Shown here: piece after piece, positions 50,201 to 64,000 of the stretch
Position numbering within the stretch: the first letter of the stretch is position 1
Layout of the letters: every line of letters begins with the position of its first letter
Translations under genes and position numbers: made by a program
Source: Paragordius varius
Lineage: Eukaryota > Animalia > Nematomorpha
NCBI GenBank assembly: GCA_964247055.1
Contig: OZ176055.1
Location: 3,162,001-3,226,000 of the forward strand
DNA length: 64,000 nt
Direction of reading: 5' to 3'
The notes under the pieces: generated by a model
What the model saw: the letters and a program-made list of their open reading frames with translations, nothing else
Database searches by the model: none
What the model was told of the DNA's origin: nothing

Positions 50201-52618
50201 AGGTTTAAAGATTGGTACAGCTAGTATTCACAATTGATGTTGAAAGCTTAATATAATTCTGTAAAAAAACTAATTGTCACTAGTGTGTAGGACGCCTAAA
50301 GTCCTATTTTACCATAATAATATCAAGGTGTTAAAAAGATAATTGTCTCAATTTAATTTAATAAAAAGAAAATATATTATATAGCAAAGATTTATTTCGA
50401 TTGCTGTAATAATAATATTGGGGGATGTATGCTTAAGTTAAAATGCCTATCTTTATTTAGGCATTTTGAGTTCTGTTAATGACCATTTAATCTTTTAAGC
50501 AACCAACAAATATGTTGACAAAACAATGACAAATATAAATCATATGGCAAAAATTCTCACATTGTACATTTAAAAGCGAACTTTTAAGCATTTTATACAT
50601 TTCTCTATAATATATTTAATTAGATAAACGTGATTTTTAAACTTCACAGATTACTTAGAAAAAAATCATTTTACATCGATCTGTTAAATAAGGACAAAGT
50701 GTTGATTTTAAAGAATATATTTTCGAACTATCCGCATGAGTAGTATAGCTTTGCTCATAAATTTATAACATTGTAACCGTTTCGACTGTGTCCAGTCAAA
50801 AACTCAAGTTCTAAAAAGGTTACTTAGAAGCACTTATACATAAATTATTTAATTTTGGCCGATTGTAGAGGAAAAACTCTTAGACAGTGATTATTTTTAC
50901 CTTTTCAAATATATATTATAAAATGAGTTAAATAATATATTCAAGGATTGATTATCAACTAATTATCCTATAAAAATCTTTTAAAAAAAATATTTTTTTT
51001 CATTCAAACCAGCTTTTTAGTTAGTTATTTAAGCTGATGAAAGATTTCATTTAGGTTTTCTATTTCCTTATGAACGAATAAGATTAAACCTTACCAAATC
51101 GAGATCATAAAATTTATTGCAATGTGTTTGTTGAATGCGCGCAATTTTGTCAAAAAATGTATCAGATTTCAAAGAGCAATAAAAATTAAAGTAACATAAT
51201 AAGGATAACTAAAGGGCAATGTAAATTAATTACAAATACATGATAAATTATTTAAAAAAATTTCTTGCATAGAGCTAGCTTAATGTAACACATTTATACC
51301 ATTTACACATCTAATTCACCTTAAACAATTCAAATTCACTCTTTAATAAATTATGTGTTTTCGAGCTAATAAAACCAATCATTCATATGAAATATTTCTA
51401 TATAACATAGTTTATTATTTTTTAAATATTATGATAATTTTAAACGAAATTTAAATTTGGGTAATTTTGATATTCAAGAACACATAAAATATTTTAGAGT
51501 GATGAATTGTTCAATGAATTTGATTTTTTTTAAAAAAATATATATATAAATATAAATATATATATTATAACAACACACACACATTCCAAATTAATATTTT
51601 TCAGGTTATATATATATATATATATTCTTGATTAATTATTTTAATGATGTCTGAATACTTTTTAAGATTAAAAATATCGGTAGGATTTCTAAAAAACGAT
51701 TTTAACCAAATAATAATAATGATAAGTAGGCGACAAATTACCTACAAGTTACAAACACGCTGGGCGCCATGATAATCCTTTTAACATATTAAATTAAATT
51801 AAATAACTTATTTTTGTAGCTTAGTTTGCGTGATTGATTGTGTTGTTGACATTGCTCATCATAAGCATAAACCCCATTCTAATTAATCTAATTAATTATT
51901 TTGAATTATATGGCAAAAAATTAAAGTGTATATAAATGGCATAATGATATATATATATTAGGGAAATCATATTTTTTGAAGATTTCTTTTTTTGGTTAAG
52001 TTCTCGTTTTCTTTTTGGCTAATATTTATTTTAAAAATTATTCTAATTTGCTGATCTAATATCATAATGTTAGTAATTCTAAAATTCATCATAATCAACA
52101 ATAATAATAACCAAAAGAGGATCCATAAAGCCTAGGTAGATAAAAATTTGTAATTTATAAATTAATATTTACCAACCCAATATATTTACATGATTAGTTT
52201 AATTTAGAGAAGTAAGCAGGAGATTTTTTATCTGAAGCCTGACAAATACACAATAGGCCGCTGTATAATGGCACCTCCCCCTTCTTAGAAAAAAAAACTT
52301 TGCAATTAAATAGCACCTATCTAGTAATTAGTTTTGTGCACTTTTATGATTTTTGGATATCATCTTAGTTATTAAGAAGATATGAAAGTTAAAAGTTTCG
52401 TGTACCTAACAAATAAATTATTGATGTTTTGATGTTTTTTCGGAGATCAGAATGGGCCAAAATTATTAGATGATTATATTAGCATATATATAAGATTAAG
52501 TATCTTAGAATTAATTTAATTATGATGCAAAAATTGAAATAACACCGGCAAAACGTAAAAACATAAATACAATATTTTTTTAAATGGCTGCATACCTTTT
52601 AAAAGTCAATTTAATTAT

Positions 52619-52925
52619 AACTATGTTTTACAGTAAAAAGTAAAATTATACGGACAAAATGTAAAAATATAAAAACAAATATTTTTTACACCATATTTGT
52701 TCAATCTTGATATTTTCAAATATATATTGTTTTAAACTGCAAAATATAAAATAAAAAATAGATATTGGTAGCACAATCAGTTATGTAGTTTACGATTGTA
52801 ATTAAATATTTTATATAACAATGATAAAAGGTGTAAAAAGTATGGTTATCTTTTAAAAAAAATATGTCTTTATATTTTAACGTTTTGTCCGTATAATTTC
52901 GGTTTTTACTGTAAATCGCATAGTA
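52619..52925. mobile_element. MITE with ~70-bp TIRs
   Basis: ctatgttttacagtaaaaagtaaaattatacggacaaaa is matched in inverse at 52860-52925. Confidence 0.65.
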
Positions 52926-55715
52926 TCATGTAAAGTTGGTTGTAAATTGATACCATAACTAATTATACATCAATCGTAATTTAATAGTTTATATGGGAAA
53001 AAATTAAGGTTTAAAAAAGTATGGTTGTTCAATGTAAAAAAATTGCCATTTAATTTTTAAGTTTCGTCTGCATAATTTTAACTGTATTAGTTTAAAATTA
53101 AACAATTTTGAAAAAGAATTAATAGGATAATGAGGCAGTAATGTGTTAACAATTTGAATTAGTAGTGGAGGAAATAACTGTACATTTAGGATATATAATA
53201 AATTATTTATAATATTATCCGAAAAATATTTATTTAATTTTAGCTTCAAACATAAACATCGAATTAATTTCTAAAAGGGACATATGCGCACTTAAAAATA
53301 TAAATTTAGCAGCCAAAATGTTAGAATACGTACGTTAACCTAAAGAAACGGATTTTTGACACATTCTCGAAAAAAATATAATTTTAATTTTTTTCAATTC
53401 AATTTTTTAGGGAAAAATCACGATTTTATTAATTTTTCAAAATATTTAATAAATTTTTGATTAAATTTTTGGCACTCTTGTAAATCAAAATTTGTTAATT
53501 TTCCTGGCTATCCTCAAAATTATTTTTATTAATTATATTAAATTTAAATTTTGAATGAAAATTTAAATCATTTTAGTTCATATCATACATATTAATTCCG
53601 TTTTTGGACTTGAATTCAAATTATTCCTAATTTGCACGCAATACTTTTTTCAACAAAAACCCTATCTCTCAACAAACAATATAATTTTCAAAATTATTTA
53701 ATATTTTCTCCTGTTTTTTTCATTAGTTTTATTTTTTTCGTTATAAAAGAAGGTACATTTACATTAATAATATATAAAATATTTTAAACAAAGAGTATAT
53801 ATATACATATATATATCTTTGCGACTCACTAAAAAAAATTTATTTTTTCCCGTATTATTTTTGACAAAAAAATTAAATTATTAATTTTATATTTATAATC
53901 AGATCGATTCATTTCCTATTAATCAAATCTTAATCATAACTATTTTTAAGAAAAAATATCTTTTTCAAATTTTATTAGTTACTTGTTTTGAAAATCTTAA
54001 AGCATATATTCTCTTTCTGTAATTTCTCTATTCTACCCACTCCCGTACGGTTATATTTTGATATAATTGGATATAAAAAATCTGAATTTATCTACTTATT
54101 ATTATTATTAAAATTTCTTATTTTATGGCATATTTTTGAAAATTAATTATTTTATAATATTATATTTCTTATTTTTTTATTTGAGATTGAAAAAATAATT
54201 AATATAATTATTTTATTTAACTAGTGCCTTACATCCCTAAGTATCATTCATTATATGCCATGAAAAATTCTCATGGGGGATATCTAAAAAATAATTAATT
54301 TTATTAAAACTGGTGGTATTTTCATATATATCTTATTAGCTATAGTTATTTTTATAATTACTTACTATTTTCTTTGCCTTAATTTTTAACATTAGAATCA
54401 TAATCTAAAATTCGGTCTTTTTTTTCAAAGTAATTACAGATTAATTTGTTGTGAATTTTTTGACTCTACTTTTAATATGGATAACAGCGCTATTTCTCTT
54501 ATTATAAATTAACTTTTTTTCATTTACTATTCCCATTTCGAATGTAATCTTAACTTTTCATTACCTTTTCACTATTTGTTAATTTACCTTTTGGGTTAGT
54601 TTTATATCCGAGAACTTAATTTTAAATAAATTACAGTTTTGAAAGATATTGTAGTTAAAATTTAATTATCAAATATTGTTCTAACGTATTAGATAAAAAA
54701 GGCTGATATTTTTTACAGATTCGTCTTCTAGAGTCTAAAATTGGGTCAGATTCAAAGCACGATGTAACGAACAGCTGATATTAAAATCAAAATATATTAA
54801 GTTTTTAAATGTAGCCAAGCTCTATAAAGTTAATTATTTACATTTTCCAACCATAATTTACATTATTTAGCTGTTGCAATGGAGATTTAAAACAATTTAC
54901 AGAAAAAATGGCGCCAAAAAAGTTTGAGATGATGATTTTTTACAATTTTACTTTTTTTTATAAAAAAATTTTTTGTATAATGTGCCTAAAAGGCTAAAGG
55001 AATCATATTTCGGCTCATATTTTAAAAACTTGTTAAGGTTTATAAACTCAAATCGCTCTCGGATATAAAACTACCCCAAAAGGTAATGGCGTGTTAAGTA
55101 ATACAATTAATTTAACTCTAATCCATTTAAATATTTTATATTTTTTTAAAAAAATATACTTTATTCAATTGTAAACCATATATAACTCAAGTTATGCAGT
55201 ATATATAAGTATAAAATCTTAAATTTATTTTTAACGCTAAAACTTCACCTGTAGTTCCTTGTAATTTAAAATATACGAAGCTTTTTTCAAAGCCAACACC
55301 TATAAAATTAGTTAACCTTTCCAAAATAATTTCTTTTCAAATTCACATTGACATGTTAAAATTAATATTGTGAGAAACCATAAAAAAATTGATTCTGCTT
55401 TCAATAATAATAATAATTAAAGTAGTATCACATTGGGATCATCATTATTATTTTTTTATATCTTCTTGAATCTTTCTAAATTTTCAAATTCATTCGTGTT
55501 TAACAAGGTATATTATTATTATTATTGCATAAGGTTTATAAATAATTTATTTTGATAAAATTATCATTTAATACGAAATTGTATATTTGGTTGGACATGT
55601 TTTCCATTTTAATTCTTCATATATGATAATTAATCAATCAACCGCATGAATATAAAGTATTGCTAAAATACAATAAATATTATATTTACAATTATTGGCG
55701 CCTATAAATTTTTCA

Positions 55716-56703
55716 CCATTGAATAAAATTACCCTCGAACAATTCAAATCGACCTTAAAATAAATTATGTGTTTTTTATCAAAAATTACATTTATTTTTT
55801 TATATTTTTAAAAGATGAAATTTTGTTTATAATTAATATAAATACTAAAAAACTAATAAACTATGCCATAAAGATATATTACATATGAATGCTGAGTTAT
55901 ATTAAATCGAAAACACATAAATTATTTTTAGGGTGAATTTGAATTTTAAATGGTTTACCATTTACAATTCAAATTCACCCTTGAATTCAAATTCACCCTA
56001 AAAATAAATTATGTGTTTCGGGCTAATATAACTCATCATTAATATAAAATATATTCTTATAGCATAGTTTATTATTTTTTCATTATTATATATATTTTAC
56101 AGGTAATTTTATTTTTTTTATAATATAAAAAAATATAGGTAATTTTAAATCTTAAAAAACACATAATTTCTTTTAGGGTGATTTTGAATTGTTCGAGGGT
56201 GAATTTGAATTGTTCGAGGGTGAATTTGAATTGTTCAAGGGTGAATTTGAATTGTTTAAGGGTGAATTTGAGCTGTGAATGGTATATATATATGTGTGTA
56301 TATATATAAGGTTTTAAAATGTTTTTTATTATTTAAACAAGAATTAATCATATCTCACATACCATATTGTTATTACCCAAATTTAAGACACTTATAACCA
56401 ATGAAAATTCATGTAAATGCAAAAAATGTAGATTTAAAAACCATTTACAATAAATTCATCCTAAAAATAAATTATGTGTTTTCGGGCTATTATAAATTCA
56501 TTATTAATATAAAATTTATCTTTATCGCCTTGTTTATTATTTTTTCAGTATTCTTCAAATTTTAAACAAAATATTATTTTTTAAAAATGAAAAAAATATA
56601 GCTAATTTTTAATCTTAAAAAACACATAATTTCTTTTAGGGTGAGTTTAAATTGTTCAAGGATGAATTCGAATTGTTTAAGGGTGAATTCGAATTGTAAA
56701 TGG
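55716..56703. mobile_element. Three adjacent foldback-like MITEs (family B): 55716-55953, 55958-56282, 56441-56703
   Basis: Each starts CCATT and ends AATGG, with arms of acccttgaacaattcaaattc-type units. Confidence 0.8.
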
Positions 56704-56766
56704 TATATATAAAAAATGTGATTTTAAGGCTTTCTTCCTGAATTTCAAACTTACATTGGATCATAA

Positions 56767-57907
56767 CACTAGTCGACAAATTTGGACATTTTTAAGCACC
56801 ACCACTCAAACTTTGTAAATTATGACTAATTTCAGTGTTTTAAAACCGAATATGAAAAAAATTTTGATCCCGCCAATCAGAATTTTGAAATTTTATGAGT
56901 TTTTCAATTTTTCAAAAACAAGAGAAAATCGAGAGAAAATTAAATATAACTTTATAATAAAATGTTATTATATTATAAACTTAATATCATTTAATAAAGC
57001 GTTTTAAACTCTATCTTTTGAATATAAATATGTCATTTAAATATCAGAGAGAAAAAAATAGTACGGACTTAAACGTCAAAATTTAGTCTTTTTTTTTCAA
57101 GTGAATTTTTAACACATATAAAATTTTTTTAAAAAAATACTAAAAAAGACATTCTATGGTTTAAACCTTCGGCTTTCAGATAGGCTATATTTTTTTTGTT
57201 AGATTTCGTTCTTTCGAGTACTTATTAGACTTTATCTCTTGAGTTGGTTCTTATAAAAAATCCTTTATTTATACCTAGTGGATATACCTTATTTTTTTTA
57301 AAATTATTGGTTGTTTTGTATTTTTTATTTCAGATGGATGTTGTGTAGCCACTTTTAGTAGAATTTACTGTTATGGGGTTGGACCATTTGTATTTACCTA
57401 ATTTATATTCAATTTAATTGTAGAATTTATCTAACTTTATTCTGTAAATTGGTTAATTTGACATGTCAATTTGCCTGGATTTTGCTTGCAAGTCTCTCTT
57501 AACGGACTTTACGATTACTTATTGTTATCTTTGCCATATCTGGCATAGTTGTAGGATCGCTTGGGGGATATGCAGAGCTTGTGCAGCCGCCCATATCTAT
57601 CACACTATACATAAGCCCCTTTTAGATTTTTAATACTTTGGCTCTTAACTTGTTTAGTATCTTATTTAATGCCTAGAATTTGTTATCCATGCATGGAATA
57701 TTACTTGTATCGACTTGCTTTTGAATATTTAAACATATGTACACGAGGAATGATTGTTATTTTTGAATTAAATACAAATTTAAAAATTAAATTTTGGAAA
57801 AATCCTATTGGTGGCCTCAATTTTCATTTTTGTTTTGGCCTTTCCATGCCATTAGGTATCAGAAAATGCAAAAATAATGGGGTGGTGCAAAACCTTGTTG
57901 ATCAGTG
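56767..57907. mobile_element. Tc1/mariner-like non-autonomous element (~1.14 kb), copy 2
   Basis: CACTAGTCGACAA...ATCAGTG|TA, collinear with 43087-44221. Confidence 0.75.
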
Positions 57908-58713
57908 TAATTTAGTATCAATAACATGTAATTATTTCCCAGATTCAAAAAAGAATATTGTAGACAATATTAACTTTATTAAATTAACTTTAATATATAA
58001 TTTATAATTTAATTTATCACATCAAAACCATTTAACTTTATTTTTTTGCTACCAATGAGTTTTACACAAGGTGGTATCTTGTAAATTTCTTTAAAAAATA
58101 TCTATAATAATTTTCTTCAATACTTGGAAATGACTTTAACACAATTATCTTTTGTAAGTTACGGCGATATAATATAATTTTTAATAGATTTTGTAATATG
58201 GTTTTTGAGATCGCGTGGTGAAAATAAAATTAATTTACCACATAATTAAATTCAGAAAAATTCCCGAATTCTGGTTCCGAAAAAAATCCGAAAGTGTTTT
58301 TCAATATATCTTTAAATAATAATTTATTCATCTCAAAAACGAATTGATTTTTTTTCACCAGTTTGCTTCTAAGTACAAATAAAATTATTTATGCAAGAAA
58401 AGGCAAAGCCAATAATTGTTTTGCTATAAAACAACAACAATATATTAATTGTAATAATACGTATAGCATATGAATTAAGTTAAAAAAATCGAGATTTAAT
58501 CCCTATAGATTAGGTAATATTTCTAAGCACCAATAAAGTTGAATATTAACGCACAATTATAATTAATTAAGCAACTTATATAGACAATCAAATTTTATAC
58601 CACCTTGGCATTGACTGTAATACTTAGCGGAAATGACACATTAAAAAGAATTCTTTAAAAAAGATGCCAAATAATTTAATGTGATTCCTAACATCATTAT
58701 AATGAATTTTAAA

Positions 58714-58853
58714 GGTTGCTTATTTCACGCTATAGTTGGGCAATTTGCACCACAGTAAGTAGTGTATGGTAGAAAGAAAGAAAAAAATTATTTAACATTT
58801 TGTTGTTTTTTCCATTCACTATACTAATTGCCCTATAGTGTGAAATAAGCAAC
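58714..58853. mobile_element. Small MITE (~140 bp)
   Basis: GGTTGCTTATTTCAC...GTGAAATAAGCAACC TIRs; same family as 45121-45258. Confidence 0.75.
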
Positions 58854-60160
58854 CATTAAAATGCATATTGTAAAAGCGATTGGATATAAATATGTATATC
58901 ATTGATATGAATTTCAAAATCTTTATGGGTTTTTTTAGAATATGATCATTAAATAATTCAAGTTTGTTTAAAAACTAATCGTAATCCTAGATAATTATTT
59001 ACAATGTATACGTGGCTATTTTTTCATTTAATACTGCCAGATAGCATATCCAAATGAGAGAATTATTATTAGTTAATAACAAAAATAAACGAAAGTAATA
59101 ACTATAAGGCAATCATAGTTTTGCTCTATATGTTATCTTGCAATAATTAATGAAAAATAGCAATGTATACTTGCTCATACTGTATTTAAAGGCAATGAAT
59201 GGTTCCTTACCCCTTTTCTCTATTTTTTTCGTAACACCTTCTAAAAATTAAAACCGCGTAGCTTCTTAATTATCCATTCATTTTTTAAACAGTTACAAAA
59301 TATAATCATTGTTCGGTTGAATAAACCGGTTTAAGCTCCGATGTAAAATTATAGTATATAATATTTATATCTGTGCAATATATTGATATTGCGAATTTAA
59401 CAAAAATGTTTTAACGATTAAAATGTAATAGTATATTATTTAATCGTGATTTATTAATTTTTTTGGATGCAGTTCACTTTATAATGAAACTTTCGGGCTA
59501 TACTAAAATTAAAATTTATTAATTTAAAATTAGATCCCGGTTTTGAACTTTGTGTTTCGATTCAATAAAACAAAAATTTTTTACATATTAAATTTTACCT
59601 AAACCATTTGAATCTATTTATCATCCAATTTTATGTGTGCCAACATAAGCGCGATATCGGCGATTTCGAATTATAAAAATAATACTCCTTTTTCCCAAAA
59701 TTTTATATTTGAACAGTTTGATTGGAAAATATATAACCTGTTTCAAATGAACTGCACACTTTTTCAATACTTTTCCAATCAAACTCATTACTTAATTTTA
59801 ATCAACTCAATTTTTTAAAATAAAATAATAAACAATTTATATAATCACTAAATCTTGAAGTTTTATCAATGTTTAATTTATTAAATTGCATCAATGTTAA
59901 AGTTTCGGTTCAAAAAAGAATGGCCTAAAAAACTTAATTTAAATATTTTGACCAAAAAATTAAAAAAAAGATTAGGGGACTCCACCTGCTTTTCAACCTA
60001 AAATAATTTTTTAATAGATCAGTTGTCCAAAAATAAGTTATAATTTTAGTGGAGTTTGATTGAAAAAAGTATAGAAAATAAAAACGCATCAGCAAATTTT
60101 TTTATGCATATCTTAGATATGAGCAAGTTCAATAAATTAGTACGACCGTGTCATTCAAAA

Positions 60161-60434
60161 ATGGAGGGACCTTCAAAACCGTTTTGTAGTACTCTTTTAT
60201 TGTTTGGAATTTTGGTTGTTAGCCTGTTAATAACTACAGTGAATTCCCAATTTTTTGTAAAAATGGACAAGGTCCTACCGCCGTTAGGGAGACGGAGTGG
60301 AGAAGAATATGCAAGTAAATTAAATTTTATACATAAAAAAGTAAAAGAGCGAAAAATCGTGTTGTTGAAAAAAGTTAAATTAATTATAAACCATATCTAT
60401 GAAATATCAGAGTTTTAATGGTTTTGAAAATTAA

Positions 60435-60476
<42 letters not shown>

Positions 60477-60876
60477 CTACAATTTAAATTTTCTAAGCTA
60501 TTTTAACCTGTCCAATCATGGTTAAGATGCAAATTTATCCATAATTGATTATTTAAAATAATATATATTAACTCTTTAAGTTTATATTTAATGGACACTC
60601 CAATAAAGTTTTGATTTATAAGCTTGCTTTGACATCAAAATTATCACGATTTATTCAAGCTAAACCAAATTACCATAATTTTATATTAGGACCCCTGGAG
60701 TATAGTAAGAAGATGAAACCCTTATTAAGAAGTTTTTTAAATGCGGAACCCGGTTATCGAAAAGACGCCAATCGATTGAAATTAATTAGAGAGCTACAAA
60801 ATAATTATGGTAACAAAATACAATAATTTGTTTTTTTACAGGAATATCATTAAATTGTTTTAATGGGTCCAGTTAA
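60161..60876 (+). CDS. ETH: Ecdysis-triggering hormone (ETH)-like neuropeptide precursor
   Basis: Exons 60161-60314, 60690-60809, 60842-60876. The signal peptide (MEGPSKPFCSTLLLFGILVVSLLITTVNS) is followed directly by QFFVKMDKVLPPL-GRR, an amidation plus dibasic site. This aligns without gaps to the FFLKITKNVPRL-amide core of Drosophila ETH1. Confidence 0.78.
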
Positions 60877-61906
60877 TAGTTTAATGCTAAAAGTTTTAAA
60901 TTAAAAGTTGGGTAAATTTAATTTTTTAACGGTGTGCCAATTAAACCAATTTAATAGGTTAATTTCGATTATTATCCAAAACTTATATTTCGCTTTTGCT
61001 AATAATTAATTATTTAAGTCCCATTGAGGGCATACACAAGCAGTCAGGCCAATTAGATAACAATTTATAACTAAAACTCAACCCTAGTCTTCCATATTAA
61101 TATTCCGACCAAAAAAATAAATTGGGCATGATAAAATCTGCTAAAATACTAAGCCAAATAATCAAATCCAAAACGTTTCTTTTATTTCATATTTAATTAT
61201 TTATTTAGTCGATTTAACATATTTTTAACTCCAAATAATAAAAAATAATCCTTTTTTTATAAAATAATGGATAAAATGTTTCATAAAAAATTAATTATTT
61301 ATATATATATATATATATATCTATGATGATGCATTATAGATGATGAAGCGCTTTATGGTTATTATGAAAGGAAAAAAAAGTAGTTTGCAAAATTATTACA
61401 TTTTGCCACAAAAATTAATTTGTCAACCTTCTCGTTCACACTCACTCTTTTTATCCAAAACAATATGGCAAACAAAACAAACGACATTATTTATCATTTT
61501 AATTATTATAATTATATATACATTCCCACACTTTTTAATTTTACTAGTTTTTTTAATGTAATGCAAGCACACCTAATTTTTTTGCTTATTTTGCCACTTA
61601 ATATATGTGTCTTCTTGTCCCATACATAATATATTTAATATTCTATTATATTTTATCTCTATCAAATGAATACTTGTATTCATAACATCGCGCATAATTA
61701 TTTTATTTATGATATAATAAAATAAATATTTTTTATATATCTCCCATATAAACACAGACACAACTTTTCCAGGGATTCTCAAACTTGATTATAATTATAA
61801 TAACTTTTATGATTTTAAGGTTTATAATTTTTTAAAAAAAATAATAATTAAATTTAAAAAAATAAATGGCTTAATAAAAAAAATATTTTGTTAAGACTTA
61901 AGAAAT

Positions 61907-63401
61907 TTAAATCCATTTATTTCTCCAATTATCGGTTAATAACGATATATCATTCACATCTGCATCAGATTCGTTTTGATCATCAGAAAGTTCGTGATCT
62001 AATTGTTCGAATTCAGTGTTTTTCAGGATTTGACTAGATTCATCATTGTTGTTCTGAGGCGTAGTAGTTGAATGGATAGTTTCGACTTTTATTTGTAACG
62101 ATTCTATGTGAGACCATTTATGCCTGAAAAATGTGTATTAATGATCATTTAAAATACCAGGAATGCTTAATAAAAGGCACTTTAAGAGTACTAACTAACG
62201 TTTTCAAAAAAAAATTATGAAACATATAATCTTAGACTTTAAATAAATTGCAAACATATAAAATAAATTTTAACGTTAATGTGTGTTTATAAATTATTTA
62301 AACTTTTTTAATCAAAGATTTTAGTTAAATCTCCCATTTCGATGAGTTAAATAAAGATTCAAATACAATATACAAGTTATTTTTTACAAAGTTTGTGATT
62401 TTATTAAACAAGCCTTTATTTTTGCACAGTTCCCTTGTATATGATAATAGTGGCACAGTACTTAGCTTAAAATTAAAGTTTATCATAATCTTTCGAGTAT
62501 AAGGCATACTGAGTCAAGTCAAGGTTTTTAATTGTCATGTGCTTGTAAAAAACTCCTTGCGAAAAAGAAGGTTTTTGCAGAACATTCAAAAAGGGTCTAA
62601 ATTACCCCAACCTCACCGCAGAGAGATAGCGGTATAACATATAAATTATGTAAGAAAGAATAATTTTAAATCAAAAGTGTTCAACATTCAACGCTCCGAT
62701 ATATCAATGCAGCGCGCGAATTTTTAAATGTAAAATTTTTCAAAATCTTAATAAAATTGATTTTAAACAAAATTTCTGAATAAATATTTCCCAAATTTAG
62801 CAATAAACTAGCAAATTGTGGAAATAAATAGAAGCGTTACAATTTTTCATGTTTGAAAATCTAATATAGTATATGTGAATGACTATATATTTTACGAATA
62901 CTGCCCGCTAAGCCATCTGACTATTTTAATATTTGGAAAAAGAAATGACTAAACTGTGAATATACATTTGTTCTTCGATATCTTCCAATTGTTTAAGGAC
63001 GTTAATTTGTTCATCTTCGATTTCTTTCATTTCATCCGAAATCTAAATATTGTCGTAAAATATTTTTTTATTATAATAAGTTTTGTCTTAATTGATGTAA
63101 CAAACTGAGTGCTACATTTCTAAATATATAAGAAAAATATTAAATTATTGTTTGAAAACAGTAAAAAAAAGTTTAAATCATACATTAAAGAATCAATCAA
63201 AAATATGAACAGATGTCAATTCTCAAATATATTTAATTTAAAAAAACTTATACAAGCGTGTCGTTTAAAATTCATTGAAGGCAAATGTCATTTAAAATTC
63301 ATAGAAAATGTGCTTACCATATTTTCGGTTTTGACAACCATTTTCTGAAAGGTTTGCCATTCATCTTCAAAAACTTCTTGAGGTAATTTGTCACCACGCA
63401 T
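61907..63401 (-). CDS. ZNF830: Zinc finger protein 830 (CCDC16) homolog, last three exons; 5' exons not located in window
   Basis: Exons 63401-63318, 63042-62966, 62123-61907 give ...EDEWQTFQK...EIEDEQINVLKQLEDIEEQMHKWSHIESL...SDDQNESD...LLTDNWRNK*. This matches the ZNF830 C-terminal pattern (EWxxFQK...EIDEQ...acidic patch...DWR). Confidence 0.8.
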
Positions 63402-63561
63402 CTATTATCATGGATTAATATAAGCATATATATATATATATAGATATATATATATAGATATTTACAAATTTCACTTATAAACAACTAAGCTAAATTCTCA
63501 GTATTTATTTCATTAAAAAAAGTTTAAATATGTTTTACGGATTTTTTGATTTAGTTAAAAC

Positions 63562-63870
63562 CAGGGGTGTTAAACACGGGGCCCGCGGGTCACATGAGCC
63601 CAAGAATTTATAATAGCTTGTGTAATAAAATTTAAAAATTATAATTTGCAAAAATCTTACAAGATTTTAATAAAATAATATTTTTAGCCAATTTTTCGAA
63701 ATAAGTGTATTTTGGCAAATTTAGAAAAAATTGTTATATTGTGTTTGTTTTACAGTCATAAGTTTGAAATCTAATAAGTTATTATAAATGCCTATATATA
63801 TTTCGTATTTGGCGCGGAGGGGTTTTAGTCAAAAATACAGCCCCGAAGTCATTTGTGTTGAACACCCCTG
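63562..63870. mobile_element. hAT (Charlie-like) MITE
   Basis: TIRs CAGGGGTGTTAAACAC / GTGTTGAACACCCCTG, with an 8-bp TSD gttaaaac/gtttaaac (one mismatch). Confidence 0.85.
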
Positions 63871-64000
63871 GTTTAAACTTTGAGTCCTTATATAATTATG
63901 GCTAAAAAATTATTTGATATTAATTATGCATTTAATACTCTAAATTTGGTAAGTTGTGCTAAACAAAAATATATTCTAAAATTTATTAATAAAAACGAGC

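Noticed and set aside
47300-55700. Search for genes or ncRNAs in the long AT-rich interval
   Set aside because: Only MITE fragments, microsatellites and short stop-ridden frames were seen, so nothing supportable could be reported.

Overview
Very AT-rich, repeat-dense animal genomic DNA with spliceosomal GT-AG genes. An ETH-like neuropeptide gene suggests an ecdysozoan invertebrate, but this is an inference. Genes that could be rebuilt exon by exon: an ENPP1-3-like ectonucleotide phosphodiesterase (-, continuing off the left edge), mitochondrial ribosomal protein L11 (-), a SLIRP-like RRM protein (-), a clan-2 cytochrome P450 (+), an ecdysis-triggering-hormone-like precursor (+) and the 3' exons of ZNF830/CCDC16 (-, 5' exons not located). 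There is also an orphan mucin-like membrane protein (+, middle exons unresolved) and two or three unresolved multi-exon gene candidates. Much of the rest is mobile DNA: two decayed RTE-type LINEs, a non-autonomous Helitron family with internal ~160/320-bp tandem arrays, and Transib-, piggyBac-, hAT-, Tc1- and foldback-like MITEs, often nested. The most striking observations are (i) 22-23-nt spliceosomal introns alongside kilobase introns, (ii) an ETH-like peptide ending PPL-amide instead of PRX-amide, (iii) a clan-2 P450 with an N-terminus resembling a mitochondrial presequence, and (iv) a Helitron complex with swapped 3' termini that may enclose a host exon. All analysis was done by eye; no database searches were run.
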